DNA of 64,000 nucleotides from Octopus vulgaris. Taxonomy: Eukaryota. The position numbers were made by a program, and so were the translations under genes. Position 1 is the first letter of the stretch; the number at the start of each line of letters is the position of its first letter. Below the pieces are notes generated by a model. It was given only the letters and a program-made list of their open reading frames with translations, searched no databases and had not been told where the DNA came from. The DNA lies in contig OX597827.1 of the NCBI GenBank assembly GCA_951406725.2, positions 78,554,001-78,618,000 on the forward strand, in the 5' to 3' direction. This document shows positions 38,835 through 49,330 of the stretch, piece by piece.

Positions 38835-38966
38835 TATACATAAATATAAGGGAGTAACCACCATGTGGTTTACTCTAGCACAAAAATAGATCCGCTGAAA
38901 CCTGGCGGATCTATTTTTAGTGCTAGAGTAGACCACATAGTGGTTACTCTCTTATATTTATGTATA
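38835..38966. mobile_element. Fold-back element (~60-bp arms), 630 bp downstream of the large ZNF stop codon
   Basis: tatacataaatataagggagtaaccaccatgtggtttactctagcac...gatccgc pairs with gcggatc...gtgctagagtagaccacatagtggttactctcttatatttatgtata. Confidence 0.8.
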
Positions 38967-39598
38967 TACATACATAGGTAGATAGACAGACAGGTAGGTA
39001 AAAAGATAGATAGAGATGTATGTATACACACATGATATATATATATATATATATATAAAGTATGCATTGAGAATTAGTCAGGCGTACAAAGATGTCATAG
39101 AAAGCAATGTGTGTTATTGCTAAGGCGTATGACGATGTTACTAGCTCAGCCACCATTTTTAGCTTATTTCAAATCTCAAACAAAATAAACAGAGAGATTT
39201 AAATAAAATTTTGGTCACTCGATCTGAGTTGTCTTCCCTTGACTAGAAGACTACAAGAATGGTGGTGGTGGAGGTGGAACTAGTCTGGCCATAGACCGCA
39301 TCTTGAAGCAGGAATTACTAAAATGAGAGGATATTTATCCAAAGATATGTCATGTCTGATACACACTGATGGCAGAAAGGAAGGGAGGGGGAAGAGGGGA
39401 AGGAGAGAGAGAGAGAGAGAGGGAGGGGGGCGAGAATAAAACATAGGATTGCTTATAGATTATCTATATAAACACTTGTGAAAAATATTAAAGTGTATAC
39501 AGTTCTACTGTCGTTCAAGGTGTGTATGTGTGTGTACATATATGTACGTATATATGTCCTGTATGCGTGTTAGCAGTTCCCATGCGTTGGCTGGTGTC

Positions 39599-42500
39599 TT
39601 ATAACAGCCACAAATAGTTATTTACAGGTAAATACTCATCAATAGTCTTTACTGGGACCAACATAGGTTTACTGCCGTCGCTGTCTACGCCACTTGTAAT
39701 TGCAGCGACTGCAGCTGCTGCCGCGCTATCGTAGTTGCCAGTTGCAGCTGCAGTGTTGCCATTGTTGGCTTTGTTGTTGTTGTTGTTACCAGCATTGATC
39801 TCTTGCTTCAACTCGGGATGAGTTCGTTTGTGTCGTCGCAACTTGTCTGTCTGAGCAAACTCTTTGCCACAGAAGTTACAACGGAATGGCTTCTCCCCGG
39901 TGTGAATACGGCGGTGAATTTGCAATGTGTCCCTGCGAGAGAAGCGCTGGATGCAGAAATCACATCCGTAGGGTTTCTCCCCAGTGTGGGATCGTGTGTG
40001 TACCCGTAAGTAATCCCTTTGGGCAAACCTCCGCAAACATACTTCACACTGATATGGCCGATCTCCCGAGTGCGACCTTAAGTGGCCAACCAGGGTGTTA
40101 CGCTGAGAAAACTGTTTCGAACATAACTGACATTTATAAGGTTTCTCCCCTGAATGCACCCTCGAGTGTATGTGCAGCTTATCTCTCTGTGCAAAACGCT
40201 TGAAACAAATGGGACACTCAAAAGGCTTCTCTCCAGTGTGAGTCCGACGGTGGACTTGCAACATGTCCCTGCGAGTGAACCGCTGTGGGCAGAATTCACA
40301 CCCAAACGGTCGCTCTCCAGTGTGTGACCTTTTATGGATCGTTAAGTAATCTCGATGAGCAAACTGTTTCAAACAAATGTCACATGTGACGGAGATTCTT
40401 TTCTTTGGATTCTGTGACCGAGGCGTTAATGACTTCTGAGTGTTGCCCGTCACAGAATTGGCCTGGCCGTTATGGCAACGCTTTTTGTGTTTCTGAAGTT
40501 TCCCTGCCTGAGCAAATTGTTTAGGGCACTTGTCACACTGGAACGGTGTCTCACCGGTGTGGATTCTTCGATGGATTTGTAACGTGTCCTTACGAGCAAA
40601 CCGCTGAATGCAGAAATCGCATTGGAACGGTTTCTCCCCTGTATGCGTTCGTCTGTGCATCTGCAGCACATACTTTTGTGCAAACTGTTTTCCACAAAAG
40701 TCACAGTGATAACGCTGCGCATTCACTGAGGATGAAGATGGCCTGTCAGTACCAGCCATCTCATTGTTCAACATAGACTGCAGCGGCTTCTTGTCGTCTA
40801 CCATCAACATCTGGTCAGTACCTTCGAGTAACGTCAACGAAGGCTTCTCATTGACTTCGTTATCCATGTTGTAGAGCTTCTCAAGAGATTCGGAACAATT
40901 CTGGGGGTTCGTCATTTGACAGGTTAAAGAATCATAGGGTTTCTCACAAGGGTCTTCTTTGGTAACATCTTTCAGATCTAGGTTTGTGTCTCCTACCGAC
41001 TGGAGGGAGCCCCCAGATAGGTTTTGAAGATGGTGATGATGATGGTGATGATGAATGTGATGGTGCTGTTGATGATGGTGGTGGTGGTGATGGTGGTGCA
41101 AGTGGGGAGATTGTTTTGGAGGGCTGCTGTCTTCCCTTTGTTCTTGGGAATCGCTGTTCTGCGAGTAACATTTTGAGGTTTCGTTCTGTAGACTGCTGTA
41201 TTGTTGTTGTTGTGGTTGCGGTTCTTGTTGTTGTTCTTGTAGATCCTGCTGAGATTTCTGTTGTTGTTGTTGTTGTTGTGGATGGTGATGATGATGCTTG
41301 TGTTGATGGCGATCATGCGCTTTCTGTGTTTGCTGTGGTGAATGTTGTTCATCTTGCAGCTGTTGTTGCTGCGCTTGCAGCTGCCTCTGTTGTTGTGCTT
41401 GCAATTGTTGTTGCTGCTGCTGAGCCTGCAACTGTTGTTGTTGCTGTGCTTGTAGTTGTTGTTGCTGCTGCTGCTGCTGTTGTGTTTGGAGTTGTTGTTG
41501 AACTTGAAGTTGCTGTTGTTGTTGTATTTGTTGTGCTTGCAGCTGTTGTTGTTGTTGCATTTGCAGCTGCTGCACCTGGAGTTGTTGCTGCGTCTGAAGC
41601 TGTTGCTGTTGTTGCAGTTGCTGTTGTACATGTATTTGTTGTTGTGCCTGAATCTGTTGTTGTTGTTGCTGTTGCACATGCATCTGTTGTTGTTGTTGTA
41701 GCTGAGGCTGTTGTTGTTGATGATGATGCTTGTTGTGATGCTTGTGTCGATGTTGTTTGTGTTGGTGTTGCTTATGCTGATGTTGCTTGTGATGTTTCTG
41801 CTGCTGTTGTTGTTGTTGTTGTTGCTGTTGTTCATCATGGATGCTGCTTTCGTAGGGTTGCTTAGCAACAATGCTGTCGGTCCTCAAAGGGGCCGGACTG
41901 CTGCTGGGGACACTGGCACTACTAGGAGAGGTAATGGTCGGAGGAGTTATGGAATTACTGCAGTTCATACCCCTACCACCACCACCATCGCCACCACCAC
42001 CGCCACCACCACCACCACCACCACTACTACTATTGCTACTACTACTACCACTACCACTACTACTGCTGCTGGTGATGATATTGTGAAGGTAGCTTTTCTG
42101 TGGCTGCATATTGCTGTGGTGGTTCGGAGAGTAAAGCTTCGGAGACATGCTCACTGAGCCGTGCTGGGGGTACATCTTGTCCGGGGGCTTCGGTGTAGAG
42201 GGGTTGGTGTGATCTGACGGAATATACGAGGGGGTGTTACCACTGTTACTACTACTGCTGCTGCTGCTGCTTCTGCCACTGCTATGATGATGATGTTGTT
42301 GTTGATGGTGGTATGCTTTGTCAGACATACCGGAAGTAGTTTTATGAGTGTGTAACCCATGGCTGCCCCCACTGTTGTTACCCCCGGCAACAGTGTGGCC
42401 ATGGCAGTTCTCCTGGCATTGGTTACGGCTTGCCTCTGAAAGATGGCTACTCTCCGTCAAGAAAGACTTGTGGTAAAGCATCGGGTCAGAGTATTGTTTC

Positions 42501-43177
42501 GCCATCACTGGGCTCAGCTTTGATGAAGACTGCAGGTCAAGTTGGTGTGACAGCTGCTTGTCACATGGCAACGGGCTGTTCCTATGTGACTCGTTGCTAT
42601 GGTAACTCTTCTCCATAGGCGACTGCAATCTGTGAGGGTGAGAATACTGTTTACCATCACTCACACTACTGTCAAGAAGGCCACCATCTGGAAAGATCTT
42701 GTCCATCATTGTAGGCATTTTAGGAGACTGTAGTGGTACTGAAGAATGTGTGGGACTGAGGAACTGTTTGTTAGACTGTAGGGGGCTGGTGGAATGAACA
42801 GGGGACTTGTCAACCATGTGGGTCAACAGTTTGGGCGAAGGTAGAGTGTTCTGTGTTGGACTGAACTCTTTCGCATATGTAACCATGCTGTGATGGAACG
42901 ATTTATCAGGGATGTGGGAGGGAATGGTCTGCATTTGGAAGCCATGATGCCTTGGCACGAATTCTGGATGGTAGAGAGGTTTATCCAGAATGTGAGGAAT
43001 ACTTTGCATGGAAAGATTATGCCTTTGTGGGAAGTCTTTGACCCCGTACATATCAGTATGAATCAATTTGTCACAAATGTGGCTTATTCTTTGCGTTTGC
43101 AAAGTTGGGGCTGGTGAAAACTGTTTACCATAGAAATCAGCATGCATCAGTTTTTCATTGCTCATAGGGGTCTCCAT
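39599..43177 (-). CDS. Large C2H2 zinc-finger protein (~1192 aa): 10 fingers (3+7) at 39818-40711 and a long polyQ/polyH/polyS-G region
   Basis: The ORF track starts at TTG 43219; the first in-frame ATG is 43177 (METPMSNEK), with an in-frame TGA further upstream. Canonical TGEKP linkers. Splice acceptor ctttattacag at 43380-43381 on the minus strand. Confidence 0.93.
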   Translation of the reverse strand: METPMSNEKLMHADFYGKQFSPAPTLQTQRISHICDKLIHTDMYGVKDFPQRHNLSMQSIPHILDKPLYHPEFVPRHHGFQMQTIPSHIPDKSFHHSMVTYAKEFSPTQNTLPSPKLLTHMVDKSPVHSTSPLQSNKQFLSPTHSSVPLQSPKMPTMMDKIFPDGGLLDSSVSDGKQYSHPHRLQSPMEKSYHSNESHRNSPLPCDKQLSHQLDLQSSSKLSPVMAKQYSDPMLYHKSFLTESSHLSEASRNQCQENCHGHTVAGGNNSGGSHGLHTHKTTSGMSDKAYHHQQQHHHHSSGRSSSSSSSSNSGNTPSYIPSDHTNPSTPKPPDKMYPQHGSVSMSPKLYSPNHHSNMQPQKSYLHNIITSSSSSGSGSSSSNSSSGGGGGGGGGGGDGGGGRGMNCSNSITPPTITSPSSASVPSSSPAPLRTDSIVAKQPYESSIHDEQQQQQQQQQQQKHHKQHQHKQHQHKQHRHKHHNKHHHQQQQPQLQQQQQMHVQQQQQQQIQAQQQIHVQQQLQQQQQLQTQQQLQVQQLQMQQQQQLQAQQIQQQQQLQVQQQLQTQQQQQQQQQLQAQQQQQLQAQQQQQQLQAQQQRQLQAQQQQLQDEQHSPQQTQKAHDRHQHKHHHHHPQQQQQQQKSQQDLQEQQQEPQPQQQQYSSLQNETSKCYSQNSDSQEQREDSSPPKQSPHLHHHHHHHHHQQHHHIHHHHHHHHLQNLSGGSLQSVGDTNLDLKDVTKEDPCEKPYDSLTCQMTNPQNCSESLEKLYNMDNEVNEKPSLTLLEGTDQMLMVDDKKPLQSMLNNEMAGTDRPSSSSVNAQRYHCDFCGKQFAQKYVLQMHRRTHTGEKPFQCDFCIQRFARKDTLQIHRRIHTGETPFQCDKCPKQFAQAGKLQKHKKRCHNGQANSVTGNTQKSLTPRSQNPKKRISVTCDICLKQFAHRDYLTIHKRSHTGERPFGCEFCPQRFTRRDMLQVHRRTHTGEKPFECPICFKRFAQRDKLHIHSRVHSGEKPYKCQLCSKQFSQRNTLVGHLRSHSGDRPYQCEVCLRRFAQRDYLRVHTRSHTGEKPYGCDFCIQRFSRRDTLQIHRRIHTGEKPFRCNFCGKEFAQTDKLRRHKRTHPELKQEINAGNNNNNKANNGNTAAATGNYDSAAAAAVAAITSGVDSDGSKPMLVPVKTIDEYLPVNNYLWLL
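41030..41832 (-). repeat. Coding CAA/CAG and CAT/CAC trinucleotide-rich region (polyQ/polyH) of the large ZNF
   Basis: About 270 codons dominated by Q and H runs, interrupted by LQAQ/LQVQ/LQTQ units. Confidence 0.95.
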
Positions 43178-43489
43178 AATGAGTTGGGGCAAGGAGGGAG
43201 TGGTGAGAAAGGGGGTCAAGGATACTGATGGAAACTTCTCCAGCTTTATGGTTTGGTGGGGATCAGTTTTATATCGACGTCAGTGAGAAATAATTCCTGT
43301 GGATGTGTTGAGATGTTATGTCAGAGTTGGACATTTCTTAGAGTCCGGTTGGACACTGGACATTCACATAGTTACGGATCTGTAATAAAGACAAAACACA
43401 CATTCGTTAGACAAAAGTTTGATACACAAACATCAAAAAAAAAAAAACAATACAACACTCCATAAAACTCTAAACATTACTCTATCAAA

Positions 43490-43810
43490 TCATCATCATC
43501 ATCGTTTAATGTCTGTTTTCCGTGCTAGCATGGGTTGGATGGTTCGACCGGGGTCTGGGAAGCCAGGAGGCTGCACCAGGCTCCAATCTGATCTGGCAGT
43601 GTTTCTACAGCTGGATGCCCTTCCTAATGCCAACCACTCCGTGAGTGTAGTGGGTGCTTTTTACATGCCACCGGCACAGGTGCCAGGAAAGGCTGGCAAT
43701 GGCCACGTTCGGATGGTGCTTTTTATGTGCCACCGGCACAGAAGCCAGTCGAGGCGGTGCTGACAATGGCCACGTTCAGATGGTGCTTTTTACGTGCCAC
43801 CAGCACTGGC
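43490..43810 (-). mobile_element. RTE-LINE 3' tail repeat (family C)
   Basis: (CAT)n, ctggatgcccttcctaatgccaacc, gtgccacc subrepeats. Confidence 0.8.
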
Positions 43811-44849
43811 TTATTTATTCAAATTGTTTTGAATTAATTATACATTATGTCATAGCTTTGAAATTTTGGTCATGTGATTATATATTTTTAGAATGACATT
43901 GTAGAATAGATAGGAGAAGCCAGATCTGATCAGTTCCAACATAAAGTAGGTTAGATATGGCCACTTTAAAATGCTGAAGGTTTAAACATGAACAACATAC
44001 TACTGAAACACACAAAATCACAAAAAAGGTCTCATTAGATTTATTACCGACCGGCTTCTTCGAAGTTGGGAAAGTACTTCAGCTTCTAACAACTTTTAAC
44101 CTATTACCAAGTTCAAGCGAGACCCTACATCTGAGACGCTGAGGCTAATACTCATACACACATCAAACAGTGAACTCAAAAAGAGGGTCACCTGGTTGTT
44201 TGGCATAAAGTTGTTTGCCCTCACACTCCAACCTCTGGTCCAGTCGTTCAAGAATTTGGACCTGGAGATCTCCATTTCCAGCGACTTCGAGGGCCACCTC
44301 CCAGTGGTGTCGGGCGTCAACGAAGAGCCCTTGACTACAAGACGACCAAAGTTTTTTCTTTCCCAAGGTCTGGGGTCTCCTGCCCCTAAGCCCTAGACCA
44401 TCACCTAATCACCCTTACTTAACGACAACAACAACCGCTGGTCCACACATCTCTTCATTCAGTCTTTACTTCATTGCAACTACAATGATCTCAGTTATTT
44501 ACAGCTGGATGATCTTAAAAGTCTTCGCAAAAGCTAAAGGCACAGCCCCTGCCTTCACACCAAACTATTAAAATATAAATCACAGACGTGCATACACATT
44601 TAGACAATATACACCCGGTCAGATGCTTGCACACACACACAACACACATCCTTTTTGTAACCACCCCGCCGCCATTTTTCTAAAAACAATTTTAAATAGA
44701 ATGGTTTCTTAGAAGCAAACTATATATTTGTGAATGTATATGTTTGTATACTGGAATACGTATTTATATACCTGGACAACTCTTTCTATTATATAGTAGT
44801 CTTTTATATTATATAGTGGTCTTTTATTATATATAGTAGTCTTTTCTAC

Positions 44850-45065
44850 TATAAGCACAAAGCCTGAAATTTGGGATGGGTGGGTAGGTGGATTGCCGAT
44901 TACACCGACCCCCGACTCCTCAACTGGTTGTTATTTCATCGACCGCGAAAGGATGAAAGAGGAAGTTGACCTCGGCGGAATTTGAACAACTCGGAACGTA
45001 AGGACGGACGAAATGCCACTCAGCACTTTGTCCGGTCTGCTGGCGATTCTACCCGCTCACCGCCT
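44850..45065 (-). mobile_element. SINE family B
   Basis: atcgaccgcgaaaggatgaaagaggaagttgacctcggcggaatttgaac. Confidence 0.75.
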
Positions 45066-45260
45066 GAGTCAATAACGCTTTCTTTGTTTACTACTAAGGG
45101 TTCACAAAAATACATTGGGAACGGTACAATGTGGGGGTTGGAGAAATAGAAGCGTGCAATAATAATAATAATAATAATCCTTTCCATTATAGGCACAAGG
45201 CCTGAAATTGTGAGAGAAGGGGTGAGTCGGTTACACTGACACCGGTATTTAGTTCATCGT

Positions 45261-45293
<33 letters not shown>

Positions 45294-45779
45294 GCTACTT
45301 CTTCAAACAAGTGTCTTTTACAGTAGCCTCAGATTCACCAATTCTTAAGGCTGGAATTTGGTCGTCAGAAACTATATAGAAGCCTGTTGATATATATATA
45401 TATTAAAGAGAGAGAGAGAGAGGGGGTGAGAGAATATACATTTGTCTTTGTAAAAGCAATACTGTGTGGAAAAATTGGGACTTAGTAGTTTGGTAAATAA
45501 AACTGCTAATATAAATACCAGGTTGAAATAAGTACTAGGGTTGATATGGTAAAAAGGAAACCCTGGTGGTATTGCTCCAGCATGGTTACAGTCTGCTAAC
45601 CGAAAGTAAGAAAAACATAACACTTATATCATCTCCAGTTTGAAAGCCGAGAGAACTCAACAGATGCAACCATACAATGTTTGATGTTGTCTACATATAT
45701 TAGATATTGTCCTGAGCCATTGATAAACACTGTCCCAACTCACACAACATCCATAGGCGGCAAACACTATCCTAACCCA

Positions 45780-46680
45780 CTCGCGGACCTACGAAGAAGC
45801 CTCCACATAAGCGTTTAACTTGCCTGATATAACAGCTGAATTGCCCTCAAATCACATCCTCCCGTTTTAGAAAAAAAATAACATAGTGGATAATGTAGTT
45901 TTATATGCACTGTGTGAAAAAAAACAACAACACGTGGAGTAGTCATGGAGGGAATGGATCAGCCTTGATCTAGGTTTATTCAATAAGAGCGACAGACGCA
46001 ACATCAAATACTATCCTCGCTCTTTCGACACAACCTCAATCTCTACAAAACAACTCCACAAACCCCAATCCGGCCAATGCAAAACCAGACAAAACAGATA
46101 TTACCCCAAGAGATATTGAACGAGGTATCCAATTCCATATCGCCCGCCAGTCCACTGTTACGGATGGATACAATTAGTGGACCAGAAAAGATAGCCGGCT
46201 CTTCTATTGAATTCACCATCCAGGAGTTATTTACAAACAGTGTACAACAGCAAAATACTAAATACAGAAGTTAGCTTTTACTCGACTTATTAGAAGTAAC
46301 AAGCAAATCTCCCTGGAATCGTATTCAAGTGTCTTAAATAAGGAAAGGGGACATTGGTTTAATACAGTACTACTCCTCTAAAATGGCGCGGTGCTCACAG
46401 TTGGATTGGCTTTAATCATAAAATCTGCTCAATCAGGGCTGATACAGGACTAAACCACTCTACGAACTAACGACGGAGCCTATCATGTTTGATCGCCCAC
46501 CAAGAAATAGTCGCAGAATCTCCCTCAAATCGTACAAGGACACATTATATAATGTAGTCCTGCATAATGTTAACAAAAATTTATGAAAACGGATAGTAAA
46601 GGGTGGTCATGGATGGAATCGTTTTGGTCATAGATCATCTGCTTGATTGAGGATGATCTATAGCTAAAAGCTACCTATGT
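45780..46680 (+). repeat. Several degenerate copies of an old dispersed repeat (also near 14900, 19930, 21750, 55300, 55700, 62180 and 63230)
   Basis: Recurrent gaaatagcagccaaatctccctcaaatc / ggtcatggctggaatg / tttgatcatag motifs. Confidence 0.6.
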
Positions 46681-49114
46681 GCCAGTCCCAAACAGTAAAC
46701 CAGCTCAGAATTAATTGACCTCGTCCGTATCTCTAGGGATGTCTTTAACAGTATTACAAAACTGCTTAGATTTACAACCTACAACATACGTAAATAAGCT
46801 GAGTATTTCCCTAGGGACCCCACGGATTTCTATAAGCGTAAACCGTGGGGTCTCCGGATAAATGCTCCGTGTGTCCATGCCTTAAGACGTTACCACAGAG
46901 CTTCAGTCAGTGAAAAGATCGTCTGTGACTTGAAACACTGCACTATGGTACGAAATATTCAATTGAAAGAAGTTATAAGCTCCTTCATAAACTCCCTTAA
47001 CGCTTAACCTATCCCCTTCTAACCAACATTTCTTAAGGACACTGAATATTTGCTAAATATCACGATCTATTCTTGATAAAATCTGACAGAATACAGCAAC
47101 TCTAATTGCATAACATAAGTAGTAACCCCACAGCTCCACTAACTTCTGCAAAGGTACTTACTAATTGTTGGTATATGTAAGATTTCTCTAGCTTCAGCAA
47201 AGTATAGCATACCTTAACCACATGGTAACTGAAGCTTCAAACTGCGCTATCAACAAAACTACATGTCAAGCTGATTTAATTAAGTCAGCGGAAATTCCAG
47301 ATAAACATTTACTTATTCCTTGAAAGCTATCTACAGTCGGCTATAATTGTCAAAACAGATTGTTTAACGTATGTGACGATGGGAAAGGAATAAGTTACGG
47401 TTGGGTCAGAGTTATTTAAAGCAAGCCAGGACAGATGGCAAGGAAATCATGTCAATTTGCAACTCTGTTGTACCTGTTTCCAGTACAAACTTGATAAAAG
47501 TCAAAATTATTCTCTTTTTTTCCCCCCCTTATAACAATATTCGTTTTTATGTGCAACTTATATCTATTAATTATATAATTAATGTCCGCCGAGAAGGCAT
47601 TTCCACTAAACCTTAACAAATGATCTGCGAGTGAGTGTGGTGTGTGTAATGAGATTTTCTGGTGACGGGAAATGACACAGATTGAACTGAGAATAAAAGA
47701 AAGAAGAAAGGGGAAAAAAAAAAAATCCACCACTCCGTATTATAATTTATTTTCCATACAATACAGTATCTGAAATACTTTTGGTTGCTTCGACTTGAAT
47801 TTCTACTTAAGTTCTGCTGACGGGACGAAAAGCGATACCCCTGTTACCCATATATACACACAGACAGACGCACACACACACACATATATATGTATATATA
47901 TATATACGCATGCATATATTTATACACGTACACACACATACCTACATATATTTTTTACAGCGATGCTTTGTACTCCATTTAAATGCGTCTTACCAATCAA
48001 ATAAAACACACACACATCAGTCTCTGTTCAATAGTCTCTCTCACCCTCCCCCCTCCCTGTGTTTAGTCAGTTCCAATACAAACCCTCCTACCCACCACCC
48101 CTCCTCTGAAAATGTCCAGGCCCAGCACGGTTTACAAGTCTTGATGGAGGCAGTGAAATACACCAATAATATACATATAAACTTAGTACGGAAAACGATG
48201 ATGAAACATTGGAGGTAAGAAAAAAACATATTTAAAAAAAAAAAAACAACGTAGCGGTAGGTTGATGGTGAGGGATGGTGTCTGAAATCTGTTTAGTTAG
48301 TCAGCATCGAGTGATAATGATGTCTTAATTGGTGATAGTGGTGGTGGTGGTGGTGATGGTGGTGGCCTTTCCTTTTCTCTGTCCCCCCCCCCTCACCATC
48401 TCCTCCTGGTCGATCCCTTGTTGGTCGACAATCAGGACAAAATAGTGATAAAGCAAAATTACTAATAAGCAAAGGTCAGAATTCAAAGCGCCAAGTTGAA
48501 TGGTTTGTCCTGTGAGAATGGTCTTTTTTTTTTTTCTCTCTTCCCTTTTTTCTTTTTCGAAAAAAGTAACATGTCGCTCAGTATAGTTATTGGTGTGTGT
48601 GGAAGAAGATGGTCAAATTAGTAGATGTCAGAGAACCGAGGTAGGTAGGTAGGTAGGTATGTGGAGAACAGGCGCGCATGGAGGGGGGGGGAGAAGGAGA
48701 GGAGAGAAGCTTCTTTTTTCTTCTTTTCAGTTTTAACCAAAACATGTTTTGTTTTAGTCAGTTTGCAGCAAATTTATATAAGTTCTTGCCACTCGAGTAC
48801 GATTTAGTTGTTTGTAGCTAAATAAGGCGTAGAGGGGAAACACACCGAGAGAGGTCTGCTTAGGGAACAGTGAACGAAAGAGACTATAGTTTAGAAAGAA
48901 AGATATAAAAGAGAAGAGAAGAGAAGAGGGGGGGAGTTGGCTTGCGGAAAGCTTTTGATAGAGAGGAAAGTAAGTTGGTGTGGAGCGTCGCCAGTTTTAT
49001 GATATTTGGATTCGATTCGATAGATATAAGGTTCGTTTCCAGGACACCCTCCCTTGCATATAGGCATAAGACTTACGGAGAGAGAGGTAAGAGACATCAC
49101 AAACTCTGGCTTAC

Positions 49115-49330
49115 CTCATCAATTCCGACTGATGGAAGCATCTGCATTCGGTCTACACTTGCCGTAACATCGTCGTCATCGTATCATCATCATCATCATC
49201 ATCATCGTCATCGTCATCGTTATCATCATTATCGACGTGGTGTTGATTTTTCTATTCTCATCCATCCATCCATGGACTAAAGTCACAAGAACCTCCCCAG
49301 TAACGTATGGGAAGGAGATGTGTCATCTTA
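49115..49330 (-). other. Putative non-coding 5' exon of the large ZNF gene
   Basis: Strong donor GAG|GTAAGC on the minus strand at 49113-49114; CpG-containing unique sequence; all three frames hit stops. The 5' boundary is uncertain. Confidence 0.4.

Noticed and set aside
40984-42157. Long plus-strand and alternate-frame ORFs (poly-V, poly-L, poly-N) over the large ZNF
   Set aside because: Shadows of the CAA/CAG and GGT/AGT repeats of the real CDS
43178-43219. TTG start given by the ORF track for the 1206-aa ORF
   Set aside because: Eukaryotic gene; the first in-frame ATG is at 43177
46816-46852. 10-bp GC-rich hairpin gaccccacgg/ccgtggggtc
   Set aside because: Short and isolated; probably a MITE remnant, and bacterial-style terminators are not relevant here
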